In this document: piece after piece, positions 36,042 through 47,012 of the stretch
Numbering within the stretch: position 1 is the first letter of the stretch
Layout of the letters: the number at the start of each line of letters is the position of its first letter
Origin: Phoronis australis
Taxonomy: Eukaryota > Animalia > Phoronida
Assembly: GCA_002633005.1 (NCBI GenBank)
Contig: NMRA01000850.1
Coordinates: 56,553 to 120,552, forward strand
Reading direction: 5' to 3'
Length of the DNA stretch: 64,000 nucleotides
The notes under the pieces: generated by a model
What the model saw: only the letters and a program-made list of their open reading frames with translations
Databases searched by the model: none
What the model was told of the DNA's origin: nothing
Made by a program: the position numbers and the translations under genes

Positions 36042-38026
36042 CTTAATTAGCGTTGAGGAATACTGCATTAGGGATTTTACGCAATTACGATTGAATATTT
36101 CGTTGTTGTACGCGACATAATGTCATCAGTTTTTTAAGACATTGACTTTTTTGTTTAAAATGCATGGAGATTCCTGAAGGTGGCTGGTGTGAACCATTCC
36201 AGAAAGGTAATCTGGGTGTGTGGACAAAAGGCTGTGGAGAGCAGCACGTGGATTATGCAGAAGTACATATCCGATAGTACTTTACATGGAGCCAGGACTT
36301 GATAGGCGATTACAACGAAACTATATCGACCAGCTGTTGCTATCTATTTTTGTGTAAATAATTCTTGTATTTTACCGATCAACGAGGAAATCATAAATTT
36401 TATACCATACTTTGTTAAAAACGGGCCCATGAAATGACAAGAAAAAATACGAGATTCGACGAGTTTTAGATCATTAATAGAATTTGCATAGATGATTCCA
36501 TTATATTTTTTATAAAAGCCTCAAACCATTACTCAATAGTTGGAGAGTTCTGAGAAAAATAAACCATGATCTCGTGCGGTGTTAACTCCACATCTTACAA
36601 ACAGAAAAACGTTCGAAAGCTTATTCCCACATTCTGTTTCCTCTAAACAGGGAAATTTCCATGTTTTCTGTTGTATTAGAATACTACAGGCTAAAGATTA
36701 CATTAAATTAACCTCTTGATTAATGAACGTTTTTGCGCATGTACTTATCTTGAGAAATTTGGTTCGGAATTTTTATATTCAAAGTTTCAGAAACAGAGTA
36801 TTCAGTTATTGCCAATTGACATGGGAAATTAGATTGATGATTTTGTGACACCAATTAGAGGAAGTGGTGTGGTGTAATGCTACCCCACGCAGAATTCCCT
36901 ATTAATTTGTTCAGTCATTAATTGTTGCTATATACGACGTTTATGTAAATTTAATCGTCACGTACGTAGACGTATATTTCCAGAGCGATACAATAACTGC
37001 CAAACGCAGTTCTGTGGCGCTTTCCTTACGAGTTCAGAGAATTAGACAATGCTTATGCATATTGACCTTTCGAACACATAGAATCAACCAAGAACATGTC
37101 ACGGTTTAAAGTGCAAGAAAAATCTCGTTAATTATCCCCAAATTAACGTGGAAATTATCACATCCGAGAAGAAAGTCAAAATTAATACAAAATTTAAGTT
37201 AAAAACTTGATTCTTTCATGAAACAGACTTGAGACAAATTCAAGTTTTATCTTGAAATTGACTGAAATTTAAGATTTGTCTTGGGTAAGTCAGTTTTCTT
37301 GGCACAGGGCCCTGATTTGTTGCACAAATAATAATTATTATGCAAAGTGGTACGATTGAAAGACATACAGTTAAACGTTGGGGGCCAAAGGCATTCATCA
37401 TATGTTTGGACTTGTAACAAAAGCTCAGCTGTATCCTTCACGTGTTAGAGTGAGTACCTGGAATTTCCGAAAATAGGTCCACCCAAAAGTACGTCTATTG
37501 GTGTAGTATTTTAGATAACTGTTCGCATGTTTTGAAAATCTGATGAATTGTTCTAAAACGCGTATATAATATGTTTTGATAGGAAGTTTTGTTTATTTTG
37601 GCAGGACAATATACTCTGGGATCGCAATTTCACTCAAATGACTCAGTAAGGAGACATTGGTTGATAACTAACCGTATTAGCACAGGATAAAGGATAGTAT
37701 TATTGCGCAGTGTTTGCTGAATGCGAAATAAGTATGCAGGAATAAAATTCTTACTAGTGAGACACAACTACATACATTACAAAGGAAGTTTGTATTTAAA
37801 CTGCACCGCCTGAGCGTAATATCACAGTTTCTGTTGGTCAAATAAAGTGTACAGAAAATGTTGGTTGCATACATTAAAGAACTATTTGAATTGACTTTTA
37901 TCAGTATAAACCAACAGTCTTTTTAATTTGGAGGACTACCAATTATACGTTTTTTTGAAAACTGTTGCATGAATCTCCATGATAGCAAGTAACAGCATAT
38001 GTTCACGAAAACAACAACGGTTTTAA

Positions 38027-38074
38027 AACTTGACATGTTTCGGTGTCATTTATTAAACACCATCCTCAGAAGTC
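38027..38074 (-). ncRNA. Minimal type I hammerhead ribozyme (Penelope pLTR), minus-strand copy
   Basis: Exact reverse complement of the motif at 38737-38784. Confidence 0.8.
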
Positions 38075-38325
38075 ATAATACAGTGGCCACCTAGCTAGGC
38101 CCAGCAACAAGTAATGAAGCACAGATACAGTCAGTTACAGGGAGTGACAATGAACTATACCAACAATGACAACCTGTGGTGTGTCAGTTGCCTATTGAGA
38201 TTGGGCTTGCACCAACTGATATGTAAAGCCTCACGAATTTTAAGCTCCTTTGTTGTTACTGCCTGGTCTATTATTGCAAAGTCATTGAAAGAGCACTGCT
38301 GATAACAATGATTGGAGCTCTGCAG

Positions 38326-38447
38326 NNNNNNNNNNNNNNNNNNNNNNNNNNNNNNNNNNNNNNNNNNNNNNNNNNNNNNNNNNNNNNNNNNNNNNNNNNN
38401 NNNNNNNNNNNNNNNNNNNNNNNNNNNNNNNNNNNNNNNNNNNNNNN
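38326..38447. other. Assembly gap (122 N)
   Basis: A run of N at the centre of the inverted repeat. Confidence 1.
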
Positions 38448-38736
38448 ATCTAAATTCTGACAGGAATTCACATGTAAATATTCACCTGCAGAGCTCCAAT
38501 CATTGTTATCAGCAGTGCTCTTTCAATGACTTTGCAATAATAGACCAGGCAGTAACAACAAAGGAGCTTAAAATTCGTGAGGCTTTACATATCAGTTGGT
38601 GCAAGCCCAATCTCAATAGGCAACTGACACACCACAGGTTATCATTGTTGGTGTAGTTCATTTTCACTCCCTGTAACTGACTCTATCTGTGCTTCATTAC
38701 TTGTTGCTGGGCCCAGCTAGGTGGCCACTGTATTAT

Positions 38737-38784
38737 GACTTCTGAGGATGGTGTTTAATAAATGACACCGAAACATGTCAAGTT
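38737..38784 (+). ncRNA. Minimal type I hammerhead ribozyme (Penelope pLTR)
   Basis: Stem I GACUU/AAGUU; core CUGAGGA; stem II GGUGU/ACACC; GAAA; palindromic CAUG stem III; GUC cleavage triplet at 38777-38779. Confidence 0.85.
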
Positions 38785-39602
38785 TTAAAACCGTTGTTGT
38801 TTTCGTGTTGCATGAATAATGACTGATATTGTTTTGCTTTAAAACTACATCATAAATTGTTTGACCCAGTTTCCAAAAATACGCTCCCCATGTCGGAAAA
38901 TACGTCCAGACGTATATTCGGTTTCATTTGAAGTTTTTGAAAGATCGTTTTTCGAATATACGCCCATGGGCCTATTTTCTGAAATTTGCAGTAGGCCTAC
39001 GACCCACAGTGCTTATCTCCGTCTGTGACTGACTGGCGTACGACCTACATGTAAGTATATTTGTCTCGGTCGTAGCACCACTGCGCGGATTAGTTTCCTG
39101 AAGTAATTCATGCGGCCACTTTTGGCAGTGTATTTTAAACTACTATTCACAGGTAACTGTTTCTTTAGTGTTTAGTATCTTTTAAAAAGTAAATCGGTTG
39201 AGTATTCCCACAACCTGATCTTCATCACCTGTACGCCTTCGATGTCCACATGCAAAGCTTTGCCTACACATGTAACAACGTGTGGTGTTTCAGACGGAAA
39301 AGCATGACATTATCTTCCCATGTAATATAGGACATAAAAACAATACCCTGTAACTGCTTTCGATAATCGGGCTTTAATATCGATATAAACGGTTCATTTC
39401 AGAACAAACTCACAAAATGTCCTCCATTTCCTCGAAATGTTGTTTGACAGATCTTGGTGAGCCAACTCGTAGTGTAGCCGGTCTCTCCATCTGGTGACAC
39501 TTTTCAAAAACATTGTTATTGCTTAATATTAGAACTAATACGTATTAATATTTACATAGAATGTTGTTTGCTGAGGTTTGTTTAAAGTGGCATTATCGGT
39601 AA

Positions 39603-39757
39603 CAAATATGGTTGGCCCCAGTTAGTATTCGAACCAGGACCCTTCGCGGTGCAAATATGGTTGTCCAGATTGATCCCAGCGAGTATTCGAACCAGGACCC
39701 TTCGCGGTGCAAATATGGTTGTCCAGATCGGTCCCAGCGAGTATTTGAACCAGGACC
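39603..39757. repeat. Three-unit minisatellite (49-58 bp) containing Pol III B-box-like motifs
   Basis: CAAATATGGTTG...AGTATT(C/T)GAACCAGGACC begins at 39603, 39652 and 39710. Confidence 0.85.
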
Positions 39758-41374
39758 AATCTCAGTGGAAGAACTGACCCCTCAATAAATGACAGAGTAT
39801 TTCAAAGGTATTTAAAGATCCATTTCGAGCTGTATTCCTTTTCTAAAGACTGAAGCCTTCATTAATTTATTTTTCTTTAATGTGACTACACTAAACAGTT
39901 GTGGTCCGAAGAGCAAACATTGTTAGAAATACCTCATGTAGTGACATACATGTATGTTTACCTGAAGGTGTAACATTAGACGCTTATGTTGGAACAAACT
40001 TTAATTCATGTTGTTTTAACAGAAGCAAATTTAACAATTTCAAAAGTAAAGTATGTTACAAGGTTTCATTAAGACAAAAAGTTGCTTACACAGAATTTGA
40101 ACTCCGACAACAGTCTGGAGGACTCTCTCCTACGACATTTTTAGAAGATCCTCTTTATCTTTTCACACTGGAGCTACTTCATATAAATAAATTAATCAAA
40201 TAATAAGCGATATATAAATCTATGTGTGGGTGTGTGTTTGTTCGCATAAATGACAATTTATAAGTTTGATAAAAGTAAACAAGTCCATGGCCTGAGTGGA
40301 GCAGTTATGTTATGGTTAATAGGTGCCTGTGAAAAGGGAGAAATTTAAAAAGGAGGTAAACACATTTTTTATCTCGGCGTAACTATAGCTAGCTCTTCAG
40401 AGCAAATGACGACGTCTTGTTACTCGTATCATGTAACTGTACAGAGAGAAACATCATTTTTCATAGACAAACGTGGATGCGCTTATTAAAAAAGTTACCT
40501 TGAAATTGTATGGCTATATCGCTGGTCGACAACATAATTGAGCAACTCAACGACGACATATAATTCCGAATAATTTAAAAAGTAAAGAGAATTACTATTT
40601 GACTATCCAGGTAAGTCACTAATTGCTTCTTTAAATGACGCGCGTGATTTATCTACAGTTGTAATATGCGATTTACAGGAAAACAAGACATTAGGTGTAG
40701 GTAGACAGCAAATTAATCAATCAAGTCTGATAAATAATAGTCATCATTCTCTTAATCACGTTACCTATTGTAGTTTCTATATTGGTCGTACCTTGCTCTT
40801 TGTTTCCTTCGATCTTCTGTTCAATCAAGTTCATTTGCATAATAGGAAACCAGCACATCATCGAATTAAACATCCAACCGCTAACAGAGACTTGAAAGTT
40901 TGATAGCAATGTTGCAAAACCGTTATAGTTCAAATCGTCATACCTGCCCGCTTTTATGTTTTTTTTGCACTGCCAGCACGCAAAAACAACGCTTGATATT
41001 TGCGTGATTCATTAGAAATAAATTGTTTGCCTGTTTAATATTGCATATCAAAATCTGGAAACGTAACACATAAGAGTACTGTATATCAATTAATCGACGA
41101 AGGGAGAATTAACTACACCGCCTGAGCTGTTAATTTCTTAGTGGGAGTTGATGTGTTGTTATTCATTTATTTTTGACCTAATGCAGATTCCAGTTCTATT
41201 TGCAATCATTTGCTGTAGCGATTTTATTACCTTGTTGATGACAGTATCTAGCGCCTTGTATTGTATATTCAGAAGGCTATGGCTTTAAGAAAAGAACTGC
41301 TCTCCGTGTAAATACTCTGGATGTACATTTAAATTTACGTATTTATGTATGAGTAGGCAAAGCAACAATAAATG

Positions 41375-41398
41375 ATATTATTATTATTATTATTATTG
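41375..41398. repeat. (TTA)n microsatellite
   Basis: Directly visible. Confidence 0.9.
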
Positions 41399-42545
41399 TA
41401 GATGTACTATTGCACAGAAAGCTGTGAGATACCTCAGAGTAGTTGTCAGTGAAAGCGCGCCTGAGTTGAACAGGCAAAGCCAATTTTTAAGCTGGTAGTT
41501 GGCGCTTTTTCATTCCTATTCGCGATAATTTAAACCATATAAGCAATGTAAACACAAACAACTTATTTCCTGAGTCTAAAGAACACTTAAGTTTTATTTT
41601 CCAGAAAATGCTGTTAAAGGCAATGAATGTCGGGTAAATATTTAGGCTCTTTTTTAGTTCTATCTTTTTTGAAAATTGATGCAGTGATGCGGTACTCTGG
41701 TACTTGGCCACAATTTAATAAAGAAAAATCACCTAATGTCAGCTAAAATGATCCTTCATTCATTTTTACTTCTAGTGACACCTGGATAAGGCCCATTATT
41801 GAACGTATACGTGTGTATTTTTATGCATACTGCACATCATACTGACCAAAAAAACGTAGAGAAAAACATGTGATTTGGCAAGATCTGTCGCCGAGACTTC
41901 TTTCCCAAAAGAAACACAAGCCACGTAATTAAAAACTCATAAATTAAACATTATTGATGCAAGAAGTGTTGTGATCAAGCAGTAATTTATCAGAAAAAAA
42001 TCACTTTGTTACTGAACTTTCAAAAGATTGGAAAATTAGCCGAGATGACATGTTCTAGCAGGAGACCTCTCCTTCGCTCGTGCAGAAGATCATCATGACC
42101 ACGTGCACGCCGGGTTCACGAAATAGGTCATTGATTTTGTGCTCCATTGCAGTTAAATGGTTGTATTTCGTAAGCCAACACTATACTGCTTCACCTTACT
42201 TTACTTAAGTGCCGTCAACACACAGAACATGTTACTCATTGAACGAATTGTCGGTAGGTTAGAGGGCGTGTGTGGGCGCTATCTTAACTATGGTGCAACT
42301 TGACCCACTTGTGACAACTTACTCTACCTTATCAAGGTAAGGTAACGTGTTCTAGGGTAACTTGCGCCACTTCTAATCGTTGTGTGGCCGCAAACCTGGA
42401 GCAAGACCGAAGCAACTATCAGCTGTGGTTACATACAGGCGAGTCTTTTGGTGCGCCGTATTCGCACCAGCTGTTCATTGTAATGCACAGAGCGACATCT
42501 TCCGCCTTGCGCTAGTTATCGGACAAGTCAGTGTGGACGCTTCAC

Positions 42546-45500
42546 TTATTGTGGAGCAAGTTGCACTAGTGAAAGTTATTTTAGGGCAAGTCTGTGTGCG
42601 GACAGGACTTTAGGTCCTGCCAGATTATCTCCACACGCGGCATTTTCAGACAAAATAGCATGACATAATTTTGTAATGTTGTGCACCGAAAGTAATGTCA
42701 AGCTATAATTTGACAAATGGGTTTCATTTCTTCTGCTGTCCTTTCTCGTAAAATGTCTCTTTGCCGAACTATTTTTGAGCGGACTCACGAAATGTCGTCA
42801 ACATATGGTTTGGCAGTTCTTGTTGACTGCGCACCACTGACCAATTTGAGAGAAATGAACTATTTTGTTTGCGCACTGTCTCACATTAGTAACATAATGC
42901 ATACTAGTTTTAGGTTACGTAGCAAATGGTTCGGGACTATTCCTTTTCAACCAGCACCACCTGGGGTAAGCTTTGAAGCACAGCTGAGTCGGACCCTAAC
43001 CAGAACCATCCACTATATCATACTCTTTAGCCTGAAGAGACAAAAGTGCTTCTACCAAATACACCGCATCATTTGAAAAAATGGGATAAAAAGAGTTGTC
43101 TACTGTTTGTATTTGACTACATGAGACATATTTCAACTGGCTGCTACCGATGACCGGCTTGAATTCAAGTCATTGTTTGTCGCAGGAACAGGGTCATAGC
43201 CTCAGTTCATTGCACGAATTGCATCAGGTCAAAATTCATTTCTATTTTGCGTTTAGTCTCCTATTCATTGCAAACTGTCCCCATGTTGCCACTCCTGTCA
43301 GCCACCATGGTGACCAACAATATCGCGTTTAGCACCCATGATGAATACTTCTAGGTACACCAGTGCGCATGAGTACCGTTTTTTTTGTTTAAAAGGTTTC
43401 TGGGGTAGTCATTGAAATAATAAGCTCCTTGCGTGAAACAGTGATCCTATTTAAGGTTTTAACATTTTCCATGTCTAAGAGGAGGAAGCCTGACAAGGAG
43501 GTTTATACTCAGAAGCAAAAAGAAAGGGGTGTGAAGGTGCCTTGTATGACGACCACGAGAGAAACGGTCAAGTTTTCAGGTTGCCGCTGGAGAGAGGGTG
43601 AGGTTGTAGCGCCGAGGATGACGAGTGGAAGCAGAAGGCAACTGAAAGGACTGCATGGTAAAATTGTATTCACTCCTAATGCCACAGTTAGCTTTACTCA
43701 GTGGGGTACCAAAGTAGAGGGACAATGTTGAGTATAGAGCTTACATTTCTTTGCGGTTTGTCATCAATTTTTCCCGGCCCATCTGACGCAAAACTATTTC
43801 TGTTGCCGCCCACAATTCCTTTACGTGCCCCCTTAGAGGTGGCACTCGGAAAACATGCCACCCCTCGCCCTCATATCACCTGCCGATGCTTTGCTTTAGT
43901 AGAGGTCATTTTTATGGAATGAAAATTCTGCACGCCAGATTTAGACCAGCTAAAAGAGACCCGGGGGCGTTACAACGTTGAAAAACAATAATCATGGAAA
44001 GAAAACTTTGAAGTCCAGTTTGACAGGTTTAAGAATGACTTTTTCTACATCTGCAAGGCTGTGCATTGAGGCGGCTGAACAATGGAGCTAAGAATATTTT
44101 CTGAAAGTAGAAGGATAGTAGACCAATTACCTATCTGTCATTGATCGGGAGACATCTTTTTAGTAAAATCTGGCACAATCACAGTAACGCAATCGAATCA
44201 ATAACATCACCAAATTGCTTTTGATATAAATTACCTTTTCGTTGTTGTTTAAATCAAAGTGATATTTTTCTCACCAATAAAACTATAGCAAATTATGTGA
44301 AAACGAAACATATTAAAAGCAGTGTTAAAAATTCCCAGAAATTTGAGATCTGAACAGTCAGTTCTGAGACAAATTTTGAACAATGTTGTTTACTCATAAC
44401 CATAATCAACTCATTTCATGATTTTCGTGATTGGACTGTAGAGGAAAGCCATGAAAAGATGCGACAGAGAGATACGTACCTTTACATTGTGTAAGCTGGG
44501 CAATTCTTCAGATGATGAGTTTTTACATGGGGGTGAGCAGAATCTCGTGAATTACTCAGACATGACGAGAGTTTGCATTGTCTGGAGAATATTTTTCTTT
44601 GACCAATGTGCATGCGCTGGCTCGTACGCATCAATAACATCGTAAAAACAGATTTCTCACAATGGCGTGTCGTGATGGTTATAAGCCCTGCAACTTTTAC
44701 GAAGTAATTAAGCTGTACACGGGTGAGTGTCTCTATTGTTTTCACCAGTGCTAGATACAATTTNAGTTGGATATGAAGCATGAAGGGCTCTATAATAGTA
44801 TTTGCCCAAATAATAGGATTTATGTCAGAGTGCCATAAATCTCATTATTGTGGAGCAAGTTGCACTCGTGAAAGTTGTTCTAGGGCGAGTCTGTGTGCGG
44901 ACAGGACTTAAGGTCCTTCCAGATTATCTCCACACGCGGTATTTTCAGACAAAAAAGCATGACATAATTTTGTAATGTTGTGCACCGAAAGTAATGTCAA
45001 GCAATAATTTCTGCTTTGATAAATGGGTTTCATTTCATCTGCTGTCCTTTCTCGTAAGATGTCTCTTTGCCGAACTATTTTTGAGCAGACTCACGAAATG
45101 TCGTCAACATATGGTTTGGTAGTTCTAGTTGACTGCGCACCACTGACCAAACTGAGAGAAATGAACTATTTTGTTTGCGCACTGCCTCACATTAGTAACA
45201 TAATGCATACTAGTTTTAGCTTATGTAGCAAATGGTTCGGGACCTTTCCCTTTTACCCAGCACCACCTGGGGTAAGCTTTGAAGCACAGCTGAGTCGGAC
45301 CCTAACCAGACCCAGTCACTATATCATATTCTTTTTGCCTGAAGAGACAAAAGTGCTTCTACAAAATACACCGCATCATTTGAAAAAATGGGTGGTTGTC
45401 TACTGTTTGTATTTGACTACATGAGACATATTTCAACTGGCTGCTACCGATAACCGGTTTGAATTCAAGTCATTGTTTGTCGCAGGAACAGGGTCATAGC

Positions 45501-47012
45501 CTCAGTTCATTGCACGAATTGCATCAGGTCAAAATTCATTTCTATTTTGCGTTAAGCCTCTTATTCATTGCTAACTATCCCCATGTTTCCACTCCTGTCA
45601 GCAACCATGGTCACCAAAAATATGGCGTTTAGCACCTCTGATGAATACTTCCGGGTACACCAGTGCGCATGAGTACCGCTTTTTTGTTTAAAAGGTTTCT
45701 GGGCTAGTCATTGAAATAATAAGCCCCTTGCGTGAAAAAGTGATCCTATTTAAGGTTTTAACATTTCTCATGTCTAAGAAGAGGAAGCCTGACAAGGAGG
45801 CTTATACTCAGAGGCAAAAAGAAAGGTTTGTGAAGGTGCCTTGTATGACGCCGCTGGAGAGAGGGTGAGGTTGTAGCGCCGAGGATGATGAGTGGAAGCA
45901 GTAGGCTACTGAAAGAACTGTATGGTATAATTGTATTCACTCCTAATGCCAAAGTTAGCTTTACTCAGTGGGGTACAATATTGAGTATAGAGCTTACATT
46001 TCTTTGCGGTTAGTCATCAGTTTTTCCCGGCCCATCTGACGCAAAACTATTTCTGTTGCCGCCCACAGTTCCTTTTCGTGCCCCCTTAGAGGTGGCACTC
46101 GGAAAACATGTCACCCCTCGTCCTCATTTCCCCTGACGATGCTTTGCTTTAGTAGAGGTCATTTTTATTAATTGAAAATTCTGCACGTCAGATTTAGACC
46201 ACTTAAAAAGAGACCCGGGGGCCTTTCAACGTTGAAAAACAATAATCTTGAAAGAAAACTTTGAAGTCCAGTTTGAAAGGTTTAAGAGTGACTTTTTCTA
46301 CATCTGCAAGGCTGTGCATTAAGACGGCTGTGCAATGCAACTAAGAATATTTTCTGAAAGTAGAAGGATAGTAGACTAATTACCTATCTGTCATTGATTG
46401 GGCTACATCTTTTTAGTAAAATCTGGCACAATCACGGTAACGCAATCGAATCAATAACATCACCAAATTGCTTTTGATATAAGTTACCTTTTCATTGTTG
46501 TTTAAATCAAAGTGATATTTTTCTCATCAATAATACTATAGCAAATTATGTGAAAACGAACTATATTAAAAGCAAGTCGTACCAGTGTTAAAAATTCCTA
46601 GAAATTTCAGATCCGAGACAAATTTTGTACTGTACTGTTTACCCATAACCACAATCAGCTCATTTCATGATTTTCGTGATTGGACTGTAGAGGAAAGCCA
46701 TGAAAAGATGCGACAGAGAGATACGTACCTTTACATTGTGTAAGCTGAGCAATTCTTCAGATGATGAGTTTTTACATGGGGGTGAGCAGAATCTCGTGAA
46801 TTACTCAGACATGACGGGAGTTTGCATTGTCTGGAGAATATTTTTCTTTGACCAATGTGCATGCGCTGGCTCGTACGCATCAATAACATCGTAAAAACAG
46901 ATTTCTCACAATGGCATGTCGTGATGGTTATAAGCTCTGCAACTTTTACGAAGTAATTAAGCTGTACACGGGTGAGTGTCTCTATTGTTTTCACCAGTGC
47001 TAGATACAATTT
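42546..47012. repeat. Direct duplication of ~2.2 kb (42546-44763 and 44845-47012), possibly a haplotype assembly artefact
   Basis: The copies are collinear with scattered substitutions and indels; the first copy ends exactly at the single N at 44764. Confidence 0.9.

Larger units (their letters stand above)
37975..38807. mobile_element. Young 5'-truncated Penelope-like insertion with inverted pseudo-LTRs
   Basis: Arms 38004-38325 and 38486-38807 are inverted copies with about 5 substitutions. The right arm encodes a GIY-YIG C-terminus (..FAIIDQA..LKIREALHI..KPNLNRQ). TSD TTGCATGAAT at 37965-37974 and 38808-38817. Confidence 0.9.
37457..38991. mobile_element. pogo/Tc1-mariner-type MITE (TA-flanked) hosting the Penelope insertion
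   Basis: TA|CCTGGAATTTCCGAAAATAGGTCCA ... TGGGCCTATTTTCTGAAATTTGCAG|TA, an imperfect TIR. Confidence 0.55.

Noticed and set aside
38004-38807. Inverted repeat as a pure mis-assembly around the N gap
   Set aside because: The arms differ at several positions, one has a unique extension, and a TSD flanks the whole structure, as expected for a real Penelope insertion. Long reads are still desirable.
39603-39757. CRISPR-like repeat-spacer array
   Set aside because: The intervening sequences are also repeated, the context is eukaryotic and there are no cas genes.
42717-45424. Paired 119-aa and 133-aa ORFs (MGFISSAV...) as a duplicated gene
   Set aside because: They have no recognisable motif and frameshifted C-termini; the pairing is explained by the duplication or haplotig.
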